NCBI GenBank assembly: GCA_034439715.1
Contig: JAWXAY010000029.1
Coordinates: 96,001-160,000 of the forward strand
Length of the DNA stretch: 64,000 nucleotides
Reading direction: 5' to 3'
Origin: Pseudomonadota bacterium
GTDB taxonomy: Bacteria; Bdellovibrionota; Bdellovibrionia; Bdellovibrionales; SG-bin7
Shown here: positions 47,374 to 56,364 of the stretch, one piece after another
Position numbering within the stretch: position 1 is the first letter of the stretch
Layout of the letters: the number at the start of each line of letters is the position of its first letter
Translations under genes and position numbers: made by a program
Notes under the pieces: model-generated
Told to the model about the DNA's origin: nothing
Databases searched by the model: none
What the model saw: the letters and a program-made list of their open reading frames with translations, nothing else

Positions 47374-48453
47374 ATGCAAAACTTCGAAGGTCCCAGGTCG
47401 CCAAAAAATGAAGAGTTTAAATCGCTCATCAGTTTTTTAGATAGCAATCTAAGAAACGACGTGAAGTGGTCGATAGCTGATGAGTACCCCACCACCTATG
47501 CTCTTGAAAACTTATCAAACCTTCGAATTATTAAAGATGGCGAGAGCGTTCTATCTCATGCGGCACTAAAATCTGAGATTGTGAGAACTCATTTTGGACT
47601 ATTTAAAGTGGCCGCAATTGGGGGAGTTGTAACTTCGAAAGAGCATCGAGCTCAGGGATTAAGTGGTAAAATACTTGAGAATTGTTTAGCTCTGGCACAA
47701 AAAGAGGCCCACGACATCGCCATTTTATGGACCAACCTCTATGATCATTATCGAAAATTAGGTTTTGAATTGGCGGGTACAGAGGTAGCCATTATCATAG
47801 ATAAACCTTTTTTGAATGAGCCCTCGACAAACTTGAACTTCATCAAGGGTTTCCAGGTTTCGTCTGAAGCTATTGAGCGAGTATATAGTCAACATTCGGT
47901 AATCAGTTTACGGAAAGCCTCTGACATTGCCCGCTACTTACAAATTCCCAATTCAAATATATATACTGCATGGAATAAAAAAAGTGGTCAACTCGTGGCC
48001 TATGCTGTTGAAGGAAAGGGGTCCGACCTCTCCGGTTACATTCATGAATGGGGCGGCGGTGTGTCCGAATTAATATCCCTTTTTAATTATATTTCTGGTG
48101 ATCAGATGCGAAAGCTCGCCATTATTTCGCCGGCACATTCTGAAAATCTTATTCGGCAGCTAAAACCTTATGCCAGTAATATAAACGTGGGCTTTCTCGG
48201 AATGATTAAAATACTAAACCGCGAAAATATTGTTGGTAAAATTCAAAAACAAGCAATGAAAATGGAGATTAAGGATTTAGTTTCACAAAACTTTATCGAT
48301 TTGCTGCTTTCTCTTGATGAAAAAGTGCTAACTCAAATCGTCTTTGGCCCCCATGATGCCAAGGTATTATCAGCAATACCCCAAGAGTTTCGCGAATCGG
48401 TTAAAAAACTGCTGCCCATGGCTTTTTGGATTTGGGGCTGGGATTCGGTTTAG
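47374..48453 (+). CDS. GNAT family acetyltransferase (Eis-like)
   Basis: IGGVVTSKEHRAQGLS, YRKLGFE. Confidence 0.8.
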   Translation: MQNFEGPRSPKNEEFKSLISFLDSNLRNDVKWSIADEYPTTYALENLSNLRIIKDGESVLSHAALKSEIVRTHFGLFKVAAIGGVVTSKEHRAQGLSGKILENCLALAQKEAHDIAILWTNLYDHYRKLGFELAGTEVAIIIDKPFLNEPSTNLNFIKGFQVSSEAIERVYSQHSVISLRKASDIARYLQIPNSNIYTAWNKKSGQLVAYAVEGKGSDLSGYIHEWGGGVSELISLFNYISGDQMRKLAIISPAHSENLIRQLKPYASNINVGFLGMIKILNRENIVGKIQKQAMKMEIKDLVSQNFIDLLLSLDEKVLTQIVFGPHDAKVLSAIPQEFRESVKKLLPMAFWIWGWDSV

Positions 48454-48885
48454 TTAGCGAAACCAGCGGTCTAATGTTCTTTCCCACGCCACAATCTTTT
48501 TTGAAGTCGTTTTATTAAAACCGGCCATACAAAATGCTCGTGACTGGGGCTTTAGATTGGGCAATTTTACCTCGATTATAAAATGTTTTTCGCAAGAAAA
48601 TATCTTGGGATCGGGGTAGCGATAACCCTTAGTGAGGTTTAATATCTCTTTGGTATAGGTCTTGTACATTGACCTCGAAATAATTCTATATGGCCTGCTA
48701 TCATCGGGTCCCACTGCGGTTAAAATATAGACTGGCTCATTTTTTAATACGTGTTTCGAAATAAAATACCTGCCACCCGAGATGAGACTTCGCCAAGCCA
48801 TGGCATCAACTTGTGGGACATTTTCAAGCCATGTGTAAGCTGGGTGAGCGGTAAATAAAATCACGAACATCAAAATGATCTTCAC
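48454..48885 (-). CDS. Secreted hypothetical protein
   Basis: 143-aa ORF with signal peptide; overlaps the upstream gene's stop. Confidence 0.6.
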   Translation of the reverse strand: MKIILMFVILFTAHPAYTWLENVPQVDAMAWRSLISGGRYFISKHVLKNEPVYILTAVGPDDSRPYRIISRSMYKTYTKEILNLTKGYRYPDPKIFSCEKHFIIEVKLPNLKPQSRAFCMAGFNKTTSKKIVAWERTLDRWFR

Positions 48886-50627
48886 TTAGTTTTACCCCCT
48901 GAACTTTCAGGATTCGATTTTTGTGGCGACACGGGTTCCAAGTAATTGCACGAACGTTGATTTGGCAGCGGCGTACAGCCAATGGCTTTTTGAATATTTG
49001 GCTCAGCCAAAGTAACGAGATTGGCACGAGACCTTGGTTGAGGATGTTCGTCCTCAGTTGACCAGAAAGTCAGAGCCAGTTTCAGCTGATCCTCTACGGT
49101 TTTTGGAAGTGGTATATTTTTTTTCTGGCTACAGTGCGACTTTGCCTGAATAAAAATTGGAGCTATTTTATCGTTCGGACTCTTTAACTCCCAGTTGTTT
49201 AGTGCGCGCCCAGAAATTTTAGATGCCATCCAATCACCGGACACCTCGCCAGATTTAGAATTTATCCCCGATATTGGAACACACTTTTTGTACTTTTTAA
49301 GTATTGCTGTTATTTTTTTAACGCTTTCATCTTCGGGACGCAATCCGTATAACTGAGCGAAATTATCTGAGTAGGCAGCAACCATTTTTTCCACCTCCCG
49401 GTTATCGGGATCTTTCCATGCCCCACTGGTTGCTCCAACTTCGGCAAGGCATTTGTTGACTTCACTAAATGGATTTTTCTTTTCATCTATATTTGGGTGG
49501 AGAATTTCAATAGCTCCGGTCTTTGCCATATTGCTTTTAATGCTGCCACCCAAGTCATTTTCGTAAAACTCGCTAAACATCGTGATTTCCAGCTCGTTAA
49601 GCCGCGTAAAATATTGAGTCCATACCTTTTTATATTCGTCTGAAGTTTTACTGTTTTCAATTATCGAAATATTCATCATTTTTAGTTTTTCTTTATTTAT
49701 TCGATAAACAGGAAATAGACTTTTGCAAGGATCATTGACGTGTTGCAACTCATGTCCTAAAACTCTATAAAGAGCGTCTGCGGGCGCCTCCAGATAACCG
49801 CCACAAAGAATAATCGAATAACTCAATGGATTAAATCTGGCGCGAGTAGGGTTGGCGCATTGATCTTCGTCAATACTTTCTATCTTCAGCTTCACAGAAG
49901 ATATGCGGGCAATGGCAAGCCTCTCCTCTGAACTAAGGTCAGTCTCATTGCGCCCTTGCAGAATTTCCTCTCTGTAGTATGATTTTACTCTCTCAAGAAT
50001 TATTCCAAGTCGAGCCGTGTTCATTGGGGTGGACTTAGGTAAAAATTTTAGACTCTCAGGATTTTCTTGCTTTACTTCAGACTGAATGGATTTGATGTAA
50101 TATTTCTTGGCCAATTTACTTATTTCAGAAATTGTCTCCGCCGAGTAAGCTTTTTCTAGGAAGCGATTCACTTCCCCAGCTTTCTGAAAACTTTGTTCTT
50201 GATTCTCACTTCCAGGCGGCCACGGAAGATTTACGACTTGATTTTCATTTTCTTTATGTAAAATCATACCAATCTCCCAAAGCCGGTTTGCAAGTTCAAA
50301 TCTAAACCACTCGGTTACTTTATCTTTAGATTCTAGTAGTTGTGCCAATTTTTGTTTGTCTTCAAATTCTTCTTTGGTTCCCCACTGTTTTACAAGACCT
50401 CCACCTTCTGGAAAGGAATCAACAGCGCTTTCAGAATGCTGTGGTTCCCCCCAAAACGAATTAGGCAAACATCCACCATCTGAAAAACAAAACTTATTCT
50501 TAGTGTTCTCGTAAAACAAAGCACAATTTCGCGTGAGTTCGTCGACATCACATTTGATTTTTGGCGAAGTATCGTCGGCAATAACAGACCCCGACCATAG
50601 TACGACTAAAAAAATGATCTTTGACAT
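48882..50627 (-). CDS. Secreted Cys-rich protein with M48-like zinc metallopeptidase motifs
   Basis: Signal peptide; VLGHELQH, EVSGD, HPQPRSR. Confidence 0.7.
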   Translation of the reverse strand: MSKIIFLVVLWSGSVIADDTSPKIKCDVDELTRNCALFYENTKNKFCFSDGGCLPNSFWGEPQHSESAVDSFPEGGGLVKQWGTKEEFEDKQKLAQLLESKDKVTEWFRFELANRLWEIGMILHKENENQVVNLPWPPGSENQEQSFQKAGEVNRFLEKAYSAETISEISKLAKKYYIKSIQSEVKQENPESLKFLPKSTPMNTARLGIILERVKSYYREEILQGRNETDLSSEERLAIARISSVKLKIESIDEDQCANPTRARFNPLSYSIILCGGYLEAPADALYRVLGHELQHVNDPCKSLFPVYRINKEKLKMMNISIIENSKTSDEYKKVWTQYFTRLNELEITMFSEFYENDLGGSIKSNMAKTGAIEILHPNIDEKKNPFSEVNKCLAEVGATSGAWKDPDNREVEKMVAAYSDNFAQLYGLRPEDESVKKITAILKKYKKCVPISGINSKSGEVSGDWMASKISGRALNNWELKSPNDKIAPIFIQAKSHCSQKKNIPLPKTVEDQLKLALTFWSTEDEHPQPRSRANLVTLAEPNIQKAIGCTPLPNQRSCNYLEPVSPQKSNPESSGGKTK

Positions 50628-50719
50628 CTTTTAACTATATCACTTTTTTGCGCTAATTCAGGTCTTTAATTGTTTCAGTTTATGACGATTAGTAAGGAAG
50701 GAAATCTAGTAACAAGGAA

Positions 50720-51517
50720 GTGCTTATGATTTATTTACGCCTATTTCTTTTAACCGTGATTATCGCGTCAATGGGTTGCCTCGAAGCTAAAAAGAAAGCC
50801 GTCGACTATGGTCAAGAAAATTCGGCCCAGGACGTCAGTCAAGCCTTGTCCGTACCACTCAAAGATTACTCGCCGTTTACCATGCAAAAGGGCGATCTGG
50901 TTGAATGGAATTCGTATTACTTCATTAAGAATAGCAGTGAGCAACAGTTCTTCCTCGGTAAATACGCCAACGAGGTTATTAATCGTACCGAGACCAATGA
51001 TAAACTAGATTTTCGAATTCAGCTGAGTGTGACAAAGCCTGATAAGGACGGAAAAATTGTAACATCAGTGGGACAAAGTGACTACACAGTAGTTAAACCC
51101 ATTGTTTCGCCAGCCTCCTTACTGTCGTTATTAAACATTAACCTTTTTGATGAAACCCAACCCGCCGCCGCTAACCGCGTTACCTTTCATCGCCTTCAGG
51201 TAGAGCAAAGGCACGTCGAATTACCAGAGACAGTAAAAGATAAATCAGTTTGTTCAAGATGGGAAAACTGTAAAATACCAGCCACCTTTGTGCATTATGA
51301 AACAGTCGAATGGAAGAGTGAGGGACCTGAGAGATCCGAGTGGGAATACTACTTGACCCCCCACCTGCCGTTCGTATCGATGTTACATAGCGAAGCCGAG
51401 GACCTACCGGCCAATTTACAAACCTGTTTGACTAAACAGGTGGGGGTTGAAGGTAAAAAATATATTGTGACGTTCTGTACTTCGCTCACAGATTTTGCTT
51501 TTGGCAAAACGGAGTGA
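50720..51517 (+). CDS. Hypothetical lipoprotein
   Basis: Lipobox SMGC, 265 aa. Confidence 0.7.
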   Translation: MLMIYLRLFLLTVIIASMGCLEAKKKAVDYGQENSAQDVSQALSVPLKDYSPFTMQKGDLVEWNSYYFIKNSSEQQFFLGKYANEVINRTETNDKLDFRIQLSVTKPDKDGKIVTSVGQSDYTVVKPIVSPASLLSLLNINLFDETQPAAANRVTFHRLQVEQRHVELPETVKDKSVCSRWENCKIPATFVHYETVEWKSEGPERSEWEYYLTPHLPFVSMLHSEAEDLPANLQTCLTKQVGVEGKKYIVTFCTSLTDFAFGKTE

Positions 51518-51529
51518 TAAGCTTTCTCC

Positions 51530-52183
51530 ATGAAGAAAATCGCCATAGTGTTGTCAGGTTCGGGCCATCAAGACGGCACTGAGATTACCGAAGCCGTCTC
51601 TACAATTATTACTTTAAGTCAGCTGGGAGCAGAAATTTATTTCTTCGCACCTAATATTGATCTCGAAGAGGTCAATCATCTCACTGGTAAAAAAACAGGT
51701 CTTAAAAAAAATCTGATGCAAGAGGCCGCCCGCATTGCGCGTGGCCATGTAAAAGATATTAGAGACCTCAGTGCTAAAGATTTTGACGGCATGGTTTTTC
51801 CCGGCGGAATGGGGGCTGCTCTAAACCTTTCAACATTTGGAGAAAAGGGCGCCCAGGGCCAAGTGGAGCCTCAGGTCAAACGCGTGATTGAAGAATTTCA
51901 CCGTGAGTCTTTACCCATTGCAGCTGTCTGTATTGCCCCCACCTTGTTGGCGCTAGTTCTAGGAAAACATCACGTTTCGATTACAATAGGCTCAGACCAA
52001 GAGACTGCCCAAGAACTTGAAAAAACCGGAGCTAAACATGTAAATTGTTCAGTGGATGATTTTGTTACTGATCGCGAAAACAAATTGGTTTCAACGCCTG
52101 CATATATGTTCGGTGAAAGTAAACCGAATGAGGTTTTTAAAGGCATCAGTGGTTGTATGAAAGAATTTTTTGAAATGGCCTAG
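51530..52183 (+). CDS. elbB: Glyoxalase ElbB (DJ-1/PfpI family)
   Basis: LSGSG..DGTEI.EAV, EAARIARG, PGG.GAA.NLS, CIAP, STPAYM. Confidence 0.9.
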   Translation: MKKIAIVLSGSGHQDGTEITEAVSTIITLSQLGAEIYFFAPNIDLEEVNHLTGKKTGLKKNLMQEAARIARGHVKDIRDLSAKDFDGMVFPGGMGAALNLSTFGEKGAQGQVEPQVKRVIEEFHRESLPIAAVCIAPTLLALVLGKHHVSITIGSDQETAQELEKTGAKHVNCSVDDFVTDRENKLVSTPAYMFGESKPNEVFKGISGCMKEFFEMA

Positions 52184-52512
52184 TTATTTGAGGCAAATAC
52201 TCTAAAAGTCGCACGGCAGTCTTGTTTTACCCAAACATATTTTGCGCTGTAGCCCCAACTTACATCTTCTTTGCATTTTTCGTCTGAGATTTCAAAATCA
52301 AGGTCGGCCCGTTTAATCATACGATCTATATAACATTCCAAGTATTGACTCTCATGACTTTCGCAAAAAACGACCTGACCGTTAGATGCCAAGCGCTTTG
52401 ACGCAGAGTGGCTTATGTGTCCAACTGTGCTGATTGCCATAACCACAATAACTAAACTAACAAATTTGTAACTCACGAATAGATGAATAGCTTGGGAAGT
52501 ATCAGAAATCAA
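52180..52512 (-). CDS. DUF3011-like small membrane-anchored protein
   Basis: CES...Y..C...S...C....SWGY....VWV...CRA.F pattern; N-terminal hydrophobic segment. Confidence 0.65.
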   Translation of the reverse strand: MISDTSQAIHLFVSYKFVSLVIVVMAISTVGHISHSASKRLASNGQVVFCESHESQYLECYIDRMIKRADLDFEISDEKCKEDVSWGYSAKYVWVKQDCRATFRVFASNN

Positions 52513-53198
52513 ACCATATTTAACATGTGTTTATAAACTTCCCGCTCTGGGATAAAACAAACACCCGTTCCGAAGCGATCATCTGTCTCGCCCTCTTGAG
52601 AAATCCAGACGACCTTGGCATGCACCGATCGGACTTTTTTTAAATCACTTAGCTGAACATCCACCCTGACTAAATCGCCTACTGCAAAGCCCGGTGAATC
52701 AGCACACTGCAGATAAGCTCCCGTACGCGAAACATTAAGCATTCTCGAACTCGTTTTGCCCTCTGAACCAAAGGACTCGATTTGGGTGGGAGCATCGGTA
52801 TGGTAGCGCTCATGATGCCTTTGTGAAACAGATTGCTCTAGAATGTATTTTTGAATGACTCCAATTAAATCATTTCTTCGAACTGGTTTTTGTATAACGG
52901 TTGATTTGGTAACCTTCTCAGTTTTCTTGAGAAGCGAGTTTTCAAGCGTAGGCGCCAAAACCACAATGGCGCTGGTGTTACCCAAAGTTCTTAGGTCCTT
53001 GGCCATTTGTAGTCTTTGCTGTGTCACTGTATCAAAGTTTAGGATAATTACCGACACCGAATTCAAAACTAAGTACTTCATCATATCGGATTCGGTTAAT
53101 ACGGTTTCTACAGTGACCTCTTGAATGCTATCAATAAGCTTCTGCTTAATGAGCTCAGATTCCTGCACGGCTGTACTAAAGATAAGGATTTTGTTCAT
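52509..53198 (-). CDS. Pseudo-receiver domain plus PilZ domain protein
   Basis: PilZ motifs QRHHERY (RxxxR) and NVSRTG (D/NxSxxG); receiver-like N-terminus ending IQKP. Confidence 0.85.
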   Translation of the reverse strand: MNKILIFSTAVQESELIKQKLIDSIQEVTVETVLTESDMMKYLVLNSVSVIILNFDTVTQQRLQMAKDLRTLGNTSAIVVLAPTLENSLLKKTEKVTKSTVIQKPVRRNDLIGVIQKYILEQSVSQRHHERYHTDAPTQIESFGSEGKTSSRMLNVSRTGAYLQCADSPGFAVGDLVRVDVQLSDLKKVRSVHAKVVWISQEGETDDRFGTGVCFIPEREVYKHMLNMV

Positions 53199-53204
53199 AC
53201 TTAC

Positions 53205-53231
53205 TTATCGGACTTTTTTCTATTTCATTGA
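53205..53231 (-). promoter_or_regulatory. Sigma28 (FliA) promoter, leaderless geometry
   Basis: TCAA-N15-TCCGATAA, then 6 nt to ATG 53198. Confidence 0.7.
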
Positions 53232-53320
53232 GAAAAAGGGCCAAAAGTCAGAAGATATAGTGACCTATAAAACCTCTGTATAAATGATCGACGAAATTTT
53301 TTGAATTACTCGAATACGAG

Positions 53321-54217
53321 CTAGATGTCCCGTGCCAACTTGATCACTCGGTCTTTGACCTCAATCGCCAACACCGTAAAATCCCGTGGCATATCTGTCT
53401 CATTTAGATACTTTTTGATCTGAAAAACCACCTCATTACGAACCTCATGCACATCCTTAGAAATAACATTTAGCACGGTTCGATAAAGCCGCTCTTCTCC
53501 GAATGGCTCTCCGTCTTTTTGTATTTCCAAAAATCCCTTAGAACAAACGATTAGTCGGTCGCGGGGGTTAAGCTGAATTTTCTTTGTCTGAGGTCCGGTG
53601 GTGTTTTTATTAGAAAAGGCCTCGCAGGTTTTACCAAGTCTATTTAGTTTGTTTCCTAAATAGTCATAGTGAAGAACCAAAATGTCACCCGCAACGACAT
53701 ACCCAAGCTCATGCGTGCTGCGTTCGACTTGTCCATAAAAAATATGACAGTTATTTTCACCCGTGAGAGTTTCCTTGAGCTGCTCACTTATTGTTTTCAT
53801 AACTTCGCTGGGATCCGAGCCCTTCCTGGCCTTCATCGACCCTGATAGCCTAAGCAAAAGTGAAAGTAAAAGGGCTGAGGATCCGTAACCCGAAGCACTT
53901 GATAATATCACTCCAAAGCGGGATTTACTTTCGTGCTCGAAAACATCAAAATAATCTCCTCCAGAAATTCGGCTTGGGACAAACTTAAAACTAAACTCAA
54001 ACCCCGGAATATGAGGAAATTCTGTGGGAACCATTTGTTTTTGGATTACTTGTAGGATTTTTATCTGGTCTTCCATATGGCCGGTCAAACTTCGTAGGGT
54101 TGCAGCAGCCTCTTCGAATCTTGATTTATATAACTTAAGATCAGAGTCCTTGACCAATAGCTCCTTCTCTAGGGCTAGAATTTGCTCTTTTAGAGCCTCT
54201 GATTCGACTTTATTCAT
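53321..54217 (-). CDS. SpoIIE/PP2C-family phosphatase-like protein with N-terminal coiled coil
   Basis: IQKQMVP, SGGDYFD, L...DRLI.CS.G, FGEERL, D.TVL; start placed at ATG 54217 from promoter geometry. Confidence 0.8.
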   Translation of the reverse strand: MNKVESEALKEQILALEKELLVKDSDLKLYKSRFEEAAATLRSLTGHMEDQIKILQVIQKQMVPTEFPHIPGFEFSFKFVPSRISGGDYFDVFEHESKSRFGVILSSASGYGSSALLLSLLLRLSGSMKARKGSDPSEVMKTISEQLKETLTGENNCHIFYGQVERSTHELGYVVAGDILVLHYDYLGNKLNRLGKTCEAFSNKNTTGPQTKKIQLNPRDRLIVCSKGFLEIQKDGEPFGEERLYRTVLNVISKDVHEVRNEVVFQIKKYLNETDMPRDFTVLAIEVKDRVIKLARDI

Positions 54218-54271
54218 TAAAAAATTGTCGAGCTCTTGCCGTCTCATTGTCAAGCCAGTTACCATTAATAT

Positions 54272-55105
54272 ATGGCGATAAATCTTAAAGTCGAAGATGA
54301 CATGCAAATCGTGGTTTTTTCTGGACCACTTGCCGAGTTCGAAGCTCAGGCATTAAGGCTAAAGCTCGATCAAAAAATTACCCAGGGCCGCACCAAACTT
54401 CTACTCAACATCGCTCTTTTGGACATGAAGCCTGAGGCCATAAATAGTATTCTCAGTTTTGTCGACTATGCAGAACAGTTGAAAGTATCAGTCGCAATTG
54501 CTGGGCTTACCCCTGAAACTTGGAATCTCGTCAACTCCACTTCCGGCCGACGAATTCACAAGTTTTATACTTCCGAAGAAGCGATTAGCCATTTAACCAA
54601 GACGAACTCTAGTTACTCAGTTGCTCATTCTAATCCGGCCCTGAAAAACCTCTCCACTGAAGCGCTCGAGCTTCTAGAACAATATGAAGCCAAACGCCAG
54701 AAAAAAAACTATGACCCCTTTCGTTTAAATCGGTTGCGAGAAACCTATAAAACTAGCCCCAACAAATCTCATATTAAGCAATTAGAAAATGCGGTGGCAG
54801 AATGTGCTAAGTCGCGATCGGAGAACGGTGCCCTCGAAAAAGATCTCACCCAGCTTTCACAAGAAATGCTACGCCTTACTGAGCTACGGCGCAGCCCAGT
54901 TCACTATGATGAAATAGAGCTACATACTAAGAATCTAAATAAATTGTTCACTGTTGTTAAAAAGGACATTCAAGAAATCAAAAATCAGATCCTAACCACT
55001 ACTATTATTTCGACCAATTATAGTAATCAGGTAAAACTGGTAGCCCAAGAATATCTAAAGTCAATTGCCGAGTTAGAAAATAAATTATCTGCCCTTAAGA
55101 ACTAA
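54272..55105 (+). CDS. STAS-like domain plus coiled-coil protein
   Basis: N-terminal IVVFSG.L...A..LR..L......KLLLNI STAS pattern ending in EEA; heptad-rich C-terminus. Confidence 0.65.
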   Translation: MAINLKVEDDMQIVVFSGPLAEFEAQALRLKLDQKITQGRTKLLLNIALLDMKPEAINSILSFVDYAEQLKVSVAIAGLTPETWNLVNSTSGRRIHKFYTSEEAISHLTKTNSSYSVAHSNPALKNLSTEALELLEQYEAKRQKKNYDPFRLNRLRETYKTSPNKSHIKQLENAVAECAKSRSENGALEKDLTQLSQEMLRLTELRRSPVHYDEIELHTKNLNKLFTVVKKDIQEIKNQILTTTIISTNYSNQVKLVAQEYLKSIAELENKLSALKN

Positions 55106-55108
55106 ATG

Positions 55109-55729
55109 CTAACTGTCTTTTCCAGAACCAAACTGAAAAAATCGGGACAAGTCAAATTTGGCTTGACGATAAAAAGGCTGGTTTTTTAAATAAACCTTTA
55201 ACACTCTTAGATAGAGCACGAATACTTCTTCAATAGATTTTCGTTCAAACGCATCCACTCCTAATTTTCTGTCTCGAGCAATTTGAGCATTAATTTTTGA
55301 TAAAATTTCTTCGGCAGTTAGTATTTTCTTGTCAACCACGTCGACAAAAAAAGCTTTTCCCTTATCCACAAACTTCAAAAGGCTTAAGCTCTTTGTTGAA
55401 ACAATATCCAATTTAACGTCTACTTCTTCACACATCTGTTTAAAAAGAATTGAAACCGTGACCGCGCTGCCGCGCTTCTTATTAACGACACTTTCGATCA
55501 ACACGTCAGAAACATCTCGGACTCTTTCCATCGAGTGAGCTTTGATCTCTTTGTGTTCAAACATAAACCAAATTGATTTTTTTAAGCGCTCGAGCTTATC
55601 TTCATAAGAAAGCGCCGCCGTTTTTAGTTCATACGTCATAAAATTAAGCTGCCGCTTAAGAGCGTCTTTTTGACACTTTGGATTTATGAACTCATTCACG
55701 CGTACTAAAAAATCTGTCATTCCCGTCAT
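55109..55729 (-). CDS. SirB1/transglutaminase-like core domain protein
   Basis: LIESVV..KRGS...VSILF and FFVD motifs. Confidence 0.55.
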   Translation of the reverse strand: MTGMTDFLVRVNEFINPKCQKDALKRQLNFMTYELKTAALSYEDKLERLKKSIWFMFEHKEIKAHSMERVRDVSDVLIESVVNKKRGSAVTVSILFKQMCEEVDVKLDIVSTKSLSLLKFVDKGKAFFVDVVDKKILTAEEILSKINAQIARDRKLGVDAFERKSIEEVFVLYLRVLKVYLKNQPFYRQAKFDLSRFFQFGSGKDS

Positions 55730-56364
55730 ACCTTTTCACACCCTACACCATTTTGTTTAAAATGTGAAAGGTACATGTCGTACCGCACCGACTTACCCTT
55801 AAATGAGTGGTTCATTAGCTCTGCCAGTGGCTTACCTTTTGGCGGCCTTTTTACGACGACGCGGCCCTTTGAACATTTAATAGACAAAGCTAACAGATTT
55901 GTACTCCCTAAGTCTTCACCCACGATATCTTTTAAGATAATCATTTCCTTTTTCGGAAGTGCGGATTTTGTTCTGTGAGGATACATCGGATCTAAATACA
56001 CGACATCTGGAAATTCCTGCTCTGGAAGATTTTTTAAAATCTCGCTGGCATCACCCAGCACTAATTTAAATCGCAAAAATAAGGGACCTAATTTTTCATC
56101 GCTTTTTGCTCTCTGAACCGCATCACTTAACAACTCAAAAATAACTGGGGATCTTTCTATGGCCATAACTTCACATCCAAGACCTAAGAAAAATAAAGAG
56201 TCTCGGCCCAGGCCGGCCGTAGCATCGATAATTTTAAGTGCCCTGCCTTTAAAGCCAATAGCTTTAGCCAATAGCTGTGTTTTCGAAAATGCATTTTGTT
56301 TTTTTAATTTTTTATAAAGCGAAACAAAATCGATAGAAATATCGCTCTCGTCTTTTTTTTGCAT
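55726..56364 (-). CDS. rsmJ: 16S rRNA m2G1516 methyltransferase
   Basis: IIDATAGLGRD, ERSP, DVVYLDPMYP, KKEM, RVVVKRP, G...RYD.Y. Confidence 0.9.
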   Translation of the reverse strand: MQKKDESDISIDFVSLYKKLKKQNAFSKTQLLAKAIGFKGRALKIIDATAGLGRDSLFFLGLGCEVMAIERSPVIFELLSDAVQRAKSDEKLGPLFLRFKLVLGDASEILKNLPEQEFPDVVYLDPMYPHRTKSALPKKEMIILKDIVGEDLGSTNLLALSIKCSKGRVVVKRPPKGKPLAELMNHSFKGKSVRYDMYLSHFKQNGVGCEKV

